Positions 1 to 9,173 of a stretch of 46,628 bases of DNA are shown piece after piece (within the stretch, counting starts at the first letter, position 1; every line of letters begins with the position of its first letter). The notes beneath the pieces are model-generated. The model had not been told where the DNA came from. It did not search any database and worked only from the letters and a program-made list of their open reading frames with translations. The stretch comes from a virus. A program made the translations under genes and the position numbers. The stretch is from positions 1-46,628 of the IMG/VR virus record IMGVR_UViG_3300034032_000007. The stretch is one strand, 5' to 3'.

Positions 1-127
1 GCTGATTCGTAACGAAGCCAGCATCACCAAAAAGCTGTTGACGCCCGAGGACTTCGCCAAGGGCATCAGCCCCAAGTTCAATATCCGTGGCCTGCTGCGG
101 TCGGATATGAAAACGCAGACCCTTATG
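1..127. repeat. exact duplicate of 46502..46628 (circular-junction overlap)
   Basis: Read directly: the first 127 nt (gctgattcgtaacgaagcc...cagacccttatg) recur identically as the last 127 nt of the window. Confidence 0.97.
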
Positions 128-295
128 TTCGCGTCCGCGTTGCAGAACGGGTATTACAACCAAGATGAGGTCCGTGACTTCCTTGATGAGCCGCCGCTGC
201 CCAATGGCGAAGGCAAGGTATATCGCGTACAGTTGAACATGGCCGGTGCAGCAGATAATGCGCTGGGTGCCAACAACGAAAAAGGTGACGACTGA
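1..295 (+). CDS. portal protein, C-terminal part (continues 45555..46628 across the junction)
   Basis: Same frame as the ORF that runs off the window end. The joined product is ~413 aa, lies between terL and the prohead protease, and looks HK97-portal-like by eye. Confidence 0.85.
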   Translation, partial: LIRNEASITKKLLTPEDFAKGISPKFNIRGLLRSDMKTQTLMFASALQNGYYNQDEVRDFLDEPPLPNGEGKVYRVQLNMAGAADNALGANNEKGDD

Positions 296-969
296 TGCCC
301 GCTCCCAACCGCCAACTCAAGCACATCGAGCGCCCGTTCAAGGTCAAGACTGACAGCATCAAGTCGGACGGCAGCTTTGAAGGCTACGGCTCCGTTTTCG
401 GTGAGCTGGACAGCTATCGGGACATCGTGATGCCCGGTGCCTTCAGCAAGTCATTGCGCGTGGACTTCCAGGAAAAGGAACGTTCGGTCCCGATGCTGTG
501 GCAGCACGATATGTACAACCCCATCGGCATCTACCCGGAAATCCGCGAGGATGACCGAGGGCTTTGGCTGAAGGGTCAGTGCAACATGGAAGTGCAGCAG
601 GGCCGCGAAGCCCACGCGCTGATGAAGCAAGGTGCGCTCTCCGGGCTCAGCATCGGCTACACCACCGTGCGGTACGAGGACGACGACAAGCAGTTGGTGC
701 GCCGTCTGCACGAGGTTGCATTGTGGGAAGTCTCGCCGGTCACGTTCCCGGCTGGTGATAGTGCCCGCGTCAGTTCCGTGAAGTCCATCGAGGGCTTCGC
801 AACACTTTCCGACGTGGAGGACCACTTGCGCGATGCCGGTGGATTCTCCCGCAAGGAAGCCTTGGCACTCGTGTCAAGGATCAAGGCGATAGCTACGCAG
901 AGTGATTCTGCGAATGTCGATGCCGCAGTTATAAATCGCGTCAAATCCATTCTCAATTCACTCTCGTAA
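295..969 (+). CDS. prohead maturation protease (HK97 family)
   Basis: 224-aa ORF whose start overlaps the portal stop (TGATG). The N-terminus FKVK..DGSFEGYGSVFGELDSYRDIVMPGAF and the GLSIGY motif are typical of HK97-type prohead proteases. It lies between portal and capsid. Confidence 0.85.
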   Translation: MPAPNRQLKHIERPFKVKTDSIKSDGSFEGYGSVFGELDSYRDIVMPGAFSKSLRVDFQEKERSVPMLWQHDMYNPIGIYPEIREDDRGLWLKGQCNMEVQQGREAHALMKQGALSGLSIGYTTVRYEDDDKQLVRRLHEVALWEVSPVTFPAGDSARVSSVKSIEGFATLSDVEDHLRDAGGFSRKEALALVSRIKAIATQSDSANVDAAVINRVKSILNSLS

Positions 970-979
970 GGGGATACAC

Positions 980-2320
980 ATGAAGATCAACAAGCTTCGA
1001 CTGGCGTGGGGTTCGCTCATCGCCACCGCAATGGTTCTGCTGGTTGCTACCGGCAACGCCGCTGCGGCTGTCCTGATCGCGCCGGCTGCTGCGGCCGATC
1101 TGGAAGAAATCGCGGAAACGATGGGCAAGACCGTCGAGAAGTTCCGTGCGCAGCACAAGGAAGTGAAGGAAGCGCACGAGGAAATCACCCGCAAGATGGG
1201 TGAGGTCAACACGACCATCGACGTGAAGCTGAAGGAATCCATCGACAAGGTGCTGAACGACTTCAATGAGAAGTTCAACGGCGTCAAGGGCGAGCTTTCG
1301 CTGATCGAGCAGAAGGTCGTGGACGCCAACCGCAACGGCCCCACCGCTGCAACGAAGTCGTGGGGCGAGCAGTTCGGCGAAGGTGCGTTCAAGTCGCGCA
1401 TCGAGCAGGACGGTTCGGGCTTCCAGGGCACCGCGCGCCAGGAAATCAAGCAGGTTACGTCGGCGTCCGCTGGTGGCCTGATCCGTTCGTACCGCGAGAA
1501 CGACGTGGTTTCGCTGCTGCGCGAGCGCCGCGTGGTCCGTGATCTGCTGCGCACCGTGCCCATCAGCACGTCCAGCGTGGACTACGTGACCCAGACCCTC
1601 CGCACCAACAACGCTGCGCCGGTCGCGGAAGCTGCCAGCAAGCCGTACAGCGAATACGCATGGGGCTCCGCAACCGTCGTGGTTCGCACGCTCGCCCACC
1701 TTGCCAAGATCACCCGGCAGGCGATGGACGACGCGCCGCGCCTCGTGGCGGAAATCGACTCCGAAATGCGCTACGGCCTGGGCTTCGTGGAGGAACGCCA
1801 GTTCCTGTACGGCACGGGCGTAGGCCAGAACCTGCTGGGCATCATGCCGCAGGCCACGGCGTTCGCACTGCCGGCCGGCTTCACCCGTCGTCTTGGCACC
1901 ACCAAGATCGACGCGCTGCGCGTTGCCATGCTCCAGAATTCGCTGGCACTTCTGCCGGCCGATGGCATCGTGCTGCACGAGGCGGATTGGGCCGACATCG
2001 AGCTGACCAAGACCGACGACGGCGCATACCTGTTCTCCAACCCGCAGGGTTCGGTGGAACCGCGTATGTGGTCGCTGCCGGTGGTCGCCTCCCCCGCGAT
2101 GGTCGCGGGTGACTTCCTCGTGGGCAACTTCACGCTGGGTGCTACCGTGTATGACCGCATGGCCGTCGAAGTTCTCATCAGCACCGAGAACGTCGATGAC
2201 TTTGAAACCAACCGCGCCACCATGCGCGCCGAGGAGCGCGTGGCCATCGCCGTGAAGCGCCCGCAGGCGTTCACCAAGGGCACGTTCACAACGGTCATCG
2301 CCGCGATCAACCCTCCGTAA
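980..2320 (+). CDS. major capsid protein (HK97 fold) with N-terminal scaffold/delta-like region
   Basis: 446-aa ORF with SD AAGGGGA 7 nt upstream. It has a coiled-coil charged N-terminal ~100 aa followed by a capsid-like body, directly after the protease. Confidence 0.85.
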   Translation: MKINKLRLAWGSLIATAMVLLVATGNAAAAVLIAPAAAADLEEIAETMGKTVEKFRAQHKEVKEAHEEITRKMGEVNTTIDVKLKESIDKVLNDFNEKFNGVKGELSLIEQKVVDANRNGPTAATKSWGEQFGEGAFKSRIEQDGSGFQGTARQEIKQVTSASAGGLIRSYRENDVVSLLRERRVVRDLLRTVPISTSSVDYVTQTLRTNNAAPVAEAASKPYSEYAWGSATVVVRTLAHLAKITRQAMDDAPRLVAEIDSEMRYGLGFVEERQFLYGTGVGQNLLGIMPQATAFALPAGFTRRLGTTKIDALRVAMLQNSLALLPADGIVLHEADWADIELTKTDDGAYLFSNPQGSVEPRMWSLPVVASPAMVAGDFLVGNFTLGATVYDRMAVEVLISTENVDDFETNRATMRAEERVAIAVKRPQAFTKGTFTTVIAAINPP

Positions 2321-2346
2321 TCGGCGGGTAGCACCTGACGCAGTAA

Positions 2347-2372
2347 GTGGCCCCTGTTTCGGCAGGGGCCAC
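2347..2372 (+). promoter_or_regulatory. perfect 10-bp stem-loop after the capsid gene (no U-tract)
   Basis: GTGGCCCCTG-tttcgg-CAGGGGCCAC read directly, 27 nt after the capsid stop. No T-run follows, so a partial terminator or mRNA-stabilising hairpin is more likely than a full terminator. Confidence 0.5.
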
Positions 2373-2409
2373 ACCGCAACAAAACCCCATCCGTCATCGG
2401 AGCAAGAAC

Positions 2410-2781
2410 ATGAGCAAGAAGTCCTACAAGCTGCTGACCACCGCCATCGTTACCGCCGTCAACCCGAGCAACCCGACCGCCATCGGCGCGGTGTGGACGC
2501 CCGAGCAGCGCAACGATGTGCTGGAAGCGGAAGCCCTCGTGCGCGTGGGCATGGCCGAGGAATCCAGCGACAAGGCAACGGTCGAAACGGTCGATTCCGT
2601 CAACGCCAAGCGCAAGGCCGAAACCGGCGAGGAAGGCCCGCGTGTCTCGGGCGTGGCCATCGACGCGATCAAGCAGGGCGACGGCACGTTCCGCAATTCG
2701 TTCGGCATCCAGGTCAACGAGGACGGCACCGAGTACGACGCCAACGCGAAGCCGCGTACCGCCAGCAAGACCACCAAGTAA
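2410..2781 (+). CDS. hypothetical head-module protein
   Basis: ATG at 2410 with GGAG upstream. The track ORF 2347..2781 begins inside the hairpin, so the shorter start is preferred. 123 aa, no recognisable motif. Confidence 0.55.
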   Translation: MSKKSYKLLTTAIVTAVNPSNPTAIGAVWTPEQRNDVLEAEALVRVGMAEESSDKATVETVDSVNAKRKAETGEEGPRVSGVAIDAIKQGDGTFRNSFGIQVNEDGTEYDANAKPRTASKTTK

Positions 2782-2799
2782 TACGGCCAGGGCTGAAAA

Positions 2800-3255
2800 A
2801 TGAATCTCATCACGCTTGCCCAAGCACGTCAGCACGTCAAGTCCGATGGGGATGACGACGATATGTTGACGATCTATGTAAACGCTGCGGAAGCGGCGTG
2901 CATGAGGTTCATCAGCCGCAAAATTTACAAGGACTTGGCCGCACTCGATGCGGCCTTGTCTGATCTGCCAGACATTCTCGGTGATGCATGGGCCGATCAC
3001 GACGCAGCAATGGCCACGTCCAACCTGCTGACTGACCCCCGGCAACGCACGTTCGCCCAAGAAAACGCCGCTGCCGCACTCGCGCAGGCGAAGGTTGAAC
3101 ATCAAACCGTCATCAACGGCATCATTGCCACCGACGACATCATTGGCGCCGTGCTTATTGCCACGGGGCACTTCTACCGCAACCGCGATCAGGGCGACTT
3201 GCCCGATGCGGTCAAGAACATCCTGTATCCCCACCGCTGGATTGGCCCGCTATGA
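2800..3255 (+). CDS. head-tail connector (gp6-like, Phage_connect_1-like)
   Basis: N-terminus MNLITLAQARQHVKSDGDDDDMLTIYVNAAEAAC matches the typical gp6-like connector signature. The position fits. Confidence 0.75.
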   Translation: MNLITLAQARQHVKSDGDDDDMLTIYVNAAEAACMRFISRKIYKDLAALDAALSDLPDILGDAWADHDAAMATSNLLTDPRQRTFAQENAAAALAQAKVEHQTVINGIIATDDIIGAVLIATGHFYRNRDQGDLPDAVKNILYPHRWIGPL

Positions 3256-3605
3256 GCATTGCTGCTGGTGAACTGAACCGCATGATCGCCATAGAGCAGC
3301 GTGGCGCGGTGCTGGACGAAGCCAACCAATCCATCGACGCATGGACCGCCGTGCCGGGTCTGGGGGCGCTGTGGGCGCGTCCGCTCACTGCCAACGGCAT
3401 GTCGTCGGTGCGCGCGGCACAAGAGGGCATCCCGGTGAGCCCAGGCCGTTATAGCTGGCGCATCCGCTACCGCCCCGTGGGAATCACCACGGACATGCGC
3501 GTGAACCACAAGGGTATGTTTTTCGACATCCGTGACATCCGGCACGACATCGAGCATCACGACTGGACGGACCTTGTGTGCGAGTTGGGCGGCAACGATG
3601 GCTGA
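3252..3605 (+). CDS. head closure / head-tail joining protein
   Basis: ATGA overlap with the previous gene. 117 aa with a GELNRMIAIEQ..WA..P..NG pattern like head-tail joining proteins. The position fits. Confidence 0.6.
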   Translation: MSIAAGELNRMIAIEQRGAVLDEANQSIDAWTAVPGLGALWARPLTANGMSSVRAAQEGIPVSPGRYSWRIRYRPVGITTDMRVNHKGMFFDIRDIRHDIEHHDWTDLVCELGGNDG

Positions 3606-4113
3606 CCGTTACGACGCCACCGTAGACGCCGGCAATTTGCAGGCCGCGATGTTGGCGTTGGGAACGAAGGCCAAGGAATCGCTTGCACGTCGCATGCTGG
3701 TTGAAGGTGGCGTGCTGCTGCGCAACGCAGCCCAGGTGCGTGCTGCCGTATCGCGCAACAAGGAAAACGAGCCGGCGCGAGGCGTGGTTGCCAAGGCCAT
3801 CTATCTCGCGCAGAACGAGCGCGAAACCAAGAACGACATATTCACCTACTCAATCTCGTGGAACGCGACGATTGCGCCGCATGGCCACCTGATCGAGTTT
3901 GGCCACTGGCGCACGCATGCCGTGTACAAGGCTGCGAACGGCCAGTGGTACACGCGCAAGGACATTCCGCTGGCAAAACCCGTGTGGGTCGCCGCGCGCC
4001 CCTTCCTCCGTCCCGCATTCGACAATTACGGAAGCGTGGCATTGCGCAAGATGATGGATCGCGGCAAGCGCGAGCTGCCCGCACTAATTCGGGAGTGTTC
4101 CAATGGGGTTTGA
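3598..4113 (+). CDS. HK97 gp10-like neck/tail attachment protein
   Basis: ATG 3598 overlaps the upstream stop (ATGGCTGA). The APHGHLIEFG motif is typical of the HK97 gp10 family. Confidence 0.6.
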   Translation: MADRYDATVDAGNLQAAMLALGTKAKESLARRMLVEGGVLLRNAAQVRAAVSRNKENEPARGVVAKAIYLAQNERETKNDIFTYSISWNATIAPHGHLIEFGHWRTHAVYKAANGQWYTRKDIPLAKPVWVAARPFLRPAFDNYGSVALRKMMDRGKRELPALIRECSNGV

Positions 4114-4489
4114 AGCTGACGTAATCACCAAGTATGAGTCCGTCTTTGGCGGTCGCCTGTTCTGGGATACGTCGCCCGAGGGGTGGACGACGACTGACCG
4201 CAATGCGCCGTTCGGCATCGTGCAGCAGGTAGGTGGCGTCGAGCGCATTTATCTGGACAACACGCCGTCAGCACTGGCGAATGCACGCCTGATGTTCTGG
4301 GTGTGGGGCGCTCGCCGCACTGAGGTCTGCGATGCGCTCCGCGCGCTGCGCAAGGCGGTGTTGGATAGCAACACGGCAACATGGGTTGCGACGCCGGAAG
4401 GTGCCCCATCCCACGACTTCAATGAAGCCCTGAAACTGCGAGGTAGTCGGCAGGACTTCAGCATTTGGTATCCCGACCCCCTCGCGTAG
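4103..4489 (+). CDS. tail completion/terminator-like protein (DUF3168-like)
   Basis: 128-aa ORF overlapping the upstream stop. It lies immediately before the major tail gene. Family resemblance is weak. Confidence 0.5.
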   Translation: MGFEADVITKYESVFGGRLFWDTSPEGWTTTDRNAPFGIVQQVGGVERIYLDNTPSALANARLMFWVWGARRTEVCDALRALRKAVLDSNTATWVATPEGAPSHDFNEALKLRGSRQDFSIWYPDPLA

Positions 4490-4537
4490 TACACTGCCGG
4501 TGAGGCACCTGTAAACCACCACCTAGAGGAACCGCCC

Positions 4538-5194
4538 ATGCCCAGCTTGATGATTAACGGTGCCCGGTACGCTGTTGCTACGCAGCTTGCCGCCGCCGTC
4601 GCAATGACCGCGATCACGAACGCAGCACCGCCTGTTGCATCCACCACCACGCCGGCCGCGCAGGGTTCCATTCTGCTGCTGGCTTCCGGCTGGCCCGATC
4701 TGAACGAAGCCGTCGCCAAGGTCGGCACCGTCGTTGCCAACACGTCCATGCAGCTTCTGGGCTATGACGCGACGGACGCCGTGCGCTACCCGGCCGGCGA
4801 AGGCATCGGCGCTTTCCAGGTCGCTGGCAACTTCATCAACCTGCCGAAAATCCACGACATCCAGAGCAACGGCGGTGAGCAGAACTTCGCCACCCGTCAG
4901 TACGTGGATGACCCGAGCGGCAAGCAGGTCCAGGCTCCGACGTTCAAGTCGGCGCAGTCCCGCATGTTCATGCTCGACTACGATCCGACGCAGCCGCACT
5001 TTGCCGCGTTGCAGGAGCTGGACCGCAAGCGCATGGTCACCGTGCTGCGCGAAACCCTGCCGAACGGCGACGTGATCTACTACGCCGGCCGCGTGTCGTT
5101 CAACAAGGAACCGACGCGAGCAATGAACGAGTTCATGTCGAACGAGTTCACGTTCTCGATGAACACCGATTCCGTGCGCTACGCCGCGATCTAA
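4538..5194 (+). CDS. major tail (tube) protein
   Basis: 218-aa ORF with SD GAGGAA. It sits between the neck genes and the chaperone/tape-measure genes and is followed by a strong terminator, as expected for a highly expressed tail tube gene. Confidence 0.65.
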   Translation: MPSLMINGARYAVATQLAAAVAMTAITNAAPPVASTTTPAAQGSILLLASGWPDLNEAVAKVGTVVANTSMQLLGYDATDAVRYPAGEGIGAFQVAGNFINLPKIHDIQSNGGEQNFATRQYVDDPSGKQVQAPTFKSAQSRMFMLDYDPTQPHFAALQELDRKRMVTVLRETLPNGDVIYYAGRVSFNKEPTRAMNEFMSNEFTFSMNTDSVRYAAI

Positions 5195-5252
5195 TCCGCT
5201 GATGCACTAGCGGATTCCCACGGGGGCGTACTTTATGTGCGCCCCTTTTTCT
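5193..5252 (+). terminator. tandem hairpins; the second is a rho-independent terminator
   Basis: First hairpin: AATCCGCT-N8-AGCGGATT (5193-5216). Second: GGGGCGTAC-tttat-GTGCGCCCC (5223-5245) followed by TTTTTCTT. Confidence 0.8.
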
Positions 5253-5271
5253 TGTCACTTTGGAGATTCAC

Positions 5272-5601
5272 ATGCTTACCCGCAAAACCCCCACGACCTT
5301 GGCAACCGCTATCACCATCACCGGACAGGGCGAGGACATCAAGTTCAACGCCACGTTCCGCAACCGCACCCAGGATGAAATCGACGCCAAGTTCAAGGAA
5401 CTGACGGAGAGCGAAACCGGCAAGCAGGACGCAACGTGGGTCAACCGCCAGATGGCGCTGTACCTGATCGAGTCGATGGAAACCGAGTACCCGGTCACGG
5501 ATGAAGGCTTCAACGAAATGGAACAGGACCGCCCCGGTTTGATGGAAGCCCTGTTCTACGCCTACCACAAGGCTCGCAAGGTGGAACTGGCAAAAAACTG
5601 A
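5272..5601 (+). CDS. tail assembly chaperone (lambda gpG-like)
   Basis: ATG 5272 with GGAG 7 nt upstream. 109 aa, acidic, located between the major tail protein and the tape measure. It ends just after the slippery heptamer. Confidence 0.7.
   Translation: MLTRKTPTTLATAITITGQGEDIKFNATFRNRTQDEIDAKFKELTESETGKQDATWVNRQMALYLIESMETEYPVTDEGFNEMEQDRPGLMEALFYAYHKARKVELAKN
5592..5598 (+). promoter_or_regulatory. -1 programmed frameshift slippery heptamer A_AAA_AAC
   Basis: In the G frame the sequence reads GC(A AAA AAC) TGA. The -1 frame is open from 5505 and runs into the 5619..5915 ORF. Confidence 0.6.
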
Positions 5602-5618
5602 CAGAGGCGGTTGCGGCA

Positions 5619-5915
5619 ATGTATTACACGCCGGTAACCGCCGCCGACATCGCAGGTACAAAGTACACGCTGGCAGACTTTGCTGGCAATGAACCGCAGG
5701 TTGAAGTCTGGGAAGAAAATTGGGGCGTGTTGATGTTGTTCCGCACCTACTCAACGCAGTGGCGTGTAGGTGCAAACGGCCCGATGGCATTGGACTACAA
5801 CGTGTTCCACCACGCCCTTGATCGCAGGGGCGTGCGTGGAGAGCAGTTTGAAGAATGGATTGACAAGTTGGGCACCATCGAAGTTGCTGCCCTGAAGCAT
5901 TTACACACCAAGTAG
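5619..5915 (+). CDS. DUF1799-like tail assembly ORF (gpT-like; probably also made as a G-T fusion 5272..5915 by -1 frameshift)
   Basis: The motif WEENWGVLMLFRTYSTQWRVGANGPMALDYNVFHHAL resembles DUF1799 proteins found before tape-measure genes. The frame is -1 relative to 5272..5601. Confidence 0.65.
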   Translation: MYYTPVTAADIAGTKYTLADFAGNEPQVEVWEENWGVLMLFRTYSTQWRVGANGPMALDYNVFHHALDRRGVRGEQFEEWIDKLGTIEVAALKHLHTK

Positions 5916-5925
5916 GAGTGCTGCA

Positions 5926-8835
5926 ATGGCAGAAACGCTTGCCACCGCCCGAATCAATCTGACGCTCGATGCGTCAGACATGATGGTTGCGCTTGAACGT
6001 GCGAAGGAAGCGCAAAAGGGCTTGGGTGCGAATGCACAGGCTGAAGCTGCCAAGATGACGGCGGCTCAGCGGCGAGTTGTCGAAAGCCTTGATCGGCAAA
6101 TCGACAAGCTTGGCCTGACCCGCGAGCAGATGGTGATTTACAACATCGCCACGCGCACCACGGGTGAAACGCAGGCGGCGTTGCTCAGCAAGGTCCAGTC
6201 CACGACTGCGGCGCTCAACAATCAAGCGGGTGGCATCAAGAACGCCACCCGTGAGATTAACCAATACGGGCTCAGCGCAAAGCAGCAGACCGCTGCGATG
6301 CGTCAGGTGCCGGCGCAGATCACCGACATCTTTGTGTCCCTTGCTGGTGGCCAGAACCCGATGATGGTTCTGATCCAGCAGGGTGGCCAGTTGAAGGATG
6401 TGTTTGGTGGCATCGTGCCCGCTGCCCGAGCCCTGGGCGGCGCGTTGCTCGCGTTGGTCAACCCGTACACGGTGGCAGCGGCTGCAATCGCTGCTGTGGG
6501 CGCTGTGGCGATCAGCGAAAGTCAGCGCATGGAAGCGTTTGGCAAAGCGATGCTGACCACTGGCATCACGTCCCGCATGACCAAAGAGGAACTTGCTGCG
6601 CTATCCGCTGAGATTGACAAGCTGGATGGCGTGACCCGTGGACGTGCTGATGAATCCATCCTTGCGCTCGCTGCCAACACCAAGCTGAGCGGCGAGGAAT
6701 TCAAGCGTGCGTCTGCGCTGGTTGCCGAGTGGAGCAGCCTGACGGGCGACAAGGCCGAGGAAGTAGCCAAGCGTTTTGCCGATCTTGGCAAAGAGCCGTA
6801 TCAAGCACTGCTGAAGTTGGCTGAGGGTGGCGCGAATGTCACCACCGAAATGCTCGATGCGGCGTATGCATTGGAGGAATCGGGCCAGCGTGCAGATGCT
6901 GCCAAGATCGCATTCAACGCGATGGCTGATGACATGGAGCGCCGCAACGGTGCTATCCGTGCAAACCTGAGTGGTTGGTCGGCGTTCTGGCGCGACATCA
7001 AGGATGAGGCGGCGGGCGCGTGGGCTGCTATCGCAGGTGCGATGTCCGCTCAGCAGGGGCAGGCCAGCCGTGGTCCGATCAGCAACATCATCGGCCGAGG
7101 GATGGGTGCGTACAATCCTATTTTCAAAGATACGCAGGGTTCCAACAACGCCGTCGAGGCTGCGATGGCTGCGGCGTCCGCGCGTACTGCATCTGCACGC
7201 GCTGCCGGTGAGGCTCGCCGACGTGCTGCCGCAGCCACTGCTAACGACGCACTGAAGGGTTTTGAAAAGAGCGCGGAAACGCCCAAGGATCGGCTTGATA
7301 AGGAAATCACGGCAATAAAGAATTGGGGCAAGGCTCTAGTGGAGGCTGGCGGTGACGCGGCTGCCACTACCGTTCGTGTCAATGCGCTCATCGCTGCCAA
7401 GCAAAAGGCGTTCGATGACAAGCAGCCCAAGGGTCGCAGTGGTGCGGGCGCTGCACGCGCACTCTCCAATGCCGATGCCAGCCGCGAGCTGGACGGTATC
7501 AAGAACGAGGAACAGACCGCACGCAACGCGATCCAGAACAGCACCGCGCTGTTGCAGGCGCAGTACGGCGCACGCTTGGTGTCGGCGAAGGATTACTACG
7601 CTCAGCAGCGGAGCCTGTTGCAGCAGGACACGCGAGCCCAGGTTGAGAGCCTTGAAAAGCAGCTTGCGTACCTGAAGTCGCGCGATGTCGCCGGTAAGGA
7701 CTCCATCAACGTATCCAAGCAGATCGCCGACGTAGAAGCGAAGCTGTCGCAGGTGCGTGCTGATGGTGCCAACAAGCTGGAAATTCTCACGATCACCGAG
7801 GACTCAGCGGCAAAGCAGCGTGCGCGTGCGCTCAGTTCGTACAAGGAAGCGTTGGCCGCTGAGAACGATGCGTTGCAGCAGAGCAGCGATGCCACTGTGC
7901 GCCGCATCATCTTGGGCGAGGAAGCCGCCAGCCAGCAGGAACGCATCGCAGCGATCATGCAGCGTGGTGCCGAACGTCAGCGCGATCTTGCGCGCGAGCT
8001 GGCCGAGGACAATGACAGCGCCAAGTACGATGAAAAGATCGCCGAGCTGCGCCGTTGGATGGATGAGCAAATCCGCATCACCGAGGACGGCTATGCGCGG
8101 ATGAAGGCGGCGCAAGCCGATTGGTTGAACGGCGTTCGCAGCGGCGTGGCTGACTGGATGACGCGCACGAGCGACGTTGCATCCCAGGTCAGCGCGATCA
8201 CTAACAAGTCGCTCGATGGCGCGGCGGAAGCGTTCACGCAGTTCGCCATCACCGGCAAGGCCAACATCAAAGGTCTGCTTATTGACATCGGCACCGAGAT
8301 TACCCGGTTCCTTGCCAAGCAAGCGATCCTGAAGTTTCTTGCCATGTTCGGGCAGTACATGGTGGGTGCGCCTGCTGCGGGCGGTGTAACCACCATTGAT
8401 ACGGGTGCGAGCCGCGCCAATTGGGCTGCAAAGGGCGCTGCATTCGATGGTGCCAATGCGCAGTTCTTTGCCAAGGGCGGTGCTTTCACCAACGGCATCT
8501 ACAACTCGCCCACCATGTTCAAGTTCGCCAATGGCGGCAAGTTCGGTGTGATGGGGGAGGCGGGACCGGAAGCGGTGATGCCGCTGGCCAAGGACTCCGG
8601 GGGCCGGCTTGGCGTGCGCATGGCGGGCGGTGGCGGCGGTGGCCCGCCGCAGGTTGGCGTGGTGGTCAACATCCATAGCGATGGTTCGTCCAACTCCCAG
8701 GCCACGGGCAGCGGCATTGATCCCAACATGGCACGGCAGATGGGTGACAGCATGCGTGCTGTCGTGAGCGAGGAAGTTGACAAGTACATGCGCCCCGGTG
8801 GCAAGCTGTGGGCAGCACGAGGGGGAAGGCAATGA
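5926..8835 (+). CDS. tail tape measure protein
   Basis: 969 aa, Ala/Gln/Arg-rich coiled-coil sequence with a Gly-rich C-terminal region. SD GGAG upstream. Canonical position. Confidence 0.9.
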   Translation: MAETLATARINLTLDASDMMVALERAKEAQKGLGANAQAEAAKMTAAQRRVVESLDRQIDKLGLTREQMVIYNIATRTTGETQAALLSKVQSTTAALNNQAGGIKNATREINQYGLSAKQQTAAMRQVPAQITDIFVSLAGGQNPMMVLIQQGGQLKDVFGGIVPAARALGGALLALVNPYTVAAAAIAAVGAVAISESQRMEAFGKAMLTTGITSRMTKEELAALSAEIDKLDGVTRGRADESILALAANTKLSGEEFKRASALVAEWSSLTGDKAEEVAKRFADLGKEPYQALLKLAEGGANVTTEMLDAAYALEESGQRADAAKIAFNAMADDMERRNGAIRANLSGWSAFWRDIKDEAAGAWAAIAGAMSAQQGQASRGPISNIIGRGMGAYNPIFKDTQGSNNAVEAAMAAASARTASARAAGEARRRAAAATANDALKGFEKSAETPKDRLDKEITAIKNWGKALVEAGGDAAATTVRVNALIAAKQKAFDDKQPKGRSGAGAARALSNADASRELDGIKNEEQTARNAIQNSTALLQAQYGARLVSAKDYYAQQRSLLQQDTRAQVESLEKQLAYLKSRDVAGKDSINVSKQIADVEAKLSQVRADGANKLEILTITEDSAAKQRARALSSYKEALAAENDALQQSSDATVRRIILGEEAASQQERIAAIMQRGAERQRDLARELAEDNDSAKYDEKIAELRRWMDEQIRITEDGYARMKAAQADWLNGVRSGVADWMTRTSDVASQVSAITNKSLDGAAEAFTQFAITGKANIKGLLIDIGTEITRFLAKQAILKFLAMFGQYMVGAPAAGGVTTIDTGASRANWAAKGAAFDGANAQFFAKGGAFTNGIYNSPTMFKFANGGKFGVMGEAGPEAVMPLAKDSGGRLGVRMAGGGGGGPPQVGVVVNIHSDGSSNSQATGSGIDPNMARQMGDSMRAVVSEEVDKYMRPGGKLWAARGGRQ

Positions 8836-9173
8836 CTGACACGTTTACATGGCGGGCGCTCACGGCAACTTCCGGCGACGGCAAGTTCACGACCAACGCT
8901 GCGAAATTCGGTGATAACTACTCGCAGCGTTCGGCCAACGGCATCAACAACTCGCGCGAGACATACCGCGTGGTGGTCGATGGTACGCGCGAGGAAATGG
9001 AAGCCTGCATCGCGTGGATCAAGGCCAAGGCCGGCGTGGTGGCATTCTTCTGGAAACCACCGCTCAGCGTGCGCGGCCTGTATATCTGCACGGGTTGGAC
9101 GCCGGAAATCGAGGGCGTGTTGTGCAGGCTGAACCTTGAGTTTGAACAGGTCGGCACGGAGAGCATGGGCTAA
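8832..9173 (+). CDS. minor tail protein (lambda gpM-like)
   Basis: ATGA overlap with the tape measure gene. FGDNYSQR and LEFEQV match lambda M (FGDGYSQR, EFEQV). Confidence 0.88.
   Translation: MTDTFTWRALTATSGDGKFTTNAAKFGDNYSQRSANGINNSRETYRVVVDGTREEMEACIAWIKAKAGVVAFFWKPPLSVRGLYICTGWTPEIEGVLCRLNLEFEQVGTESMG

Noticed and set aside
1-127. Genuine direct terminal repeats (DTR) of the virion DNA.
   Set aside because: The duplicated segment lies in the middle of the portal ORF and the frame reads through. The 127-nt length matches a typical assembler k-mer overlap on a circular contig.
953-3234. Long minus-strand ORFs (953..2374, 1771..3234) antisense to the capsid/connector genes. Similar cases are 10804..12672, 24191..25486, 32825..34363, 31494..32465, 43995..45537 and the + strand 20898..21911, 23066..24040 and 19642..20430.
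   Set aside because: They lie opposite genes with clear family motifs. Their translations are Arg/His/Gly/Ala-rich low-complexity strings typical of stop-poor antisense frames in high-GC DNA. They lack SD sequences and gene-to-gene coupling.
5260-5271. Longer N-terminal extensions offered by the ORF track for several genes (5260, 2347, 3532, 8808, 20667, 24169, 27130, 31005, 32237, 37845, 38384, 39392, 39672, 35824).
   Set aside because: In each case an internal ATG or GTG has a proper SD and/or overlaps the upstream stop codon (ATGA, GTGA or TGATG). The extension overlaps the preceding gene or a hairpin and reads as low-complexity sequence.
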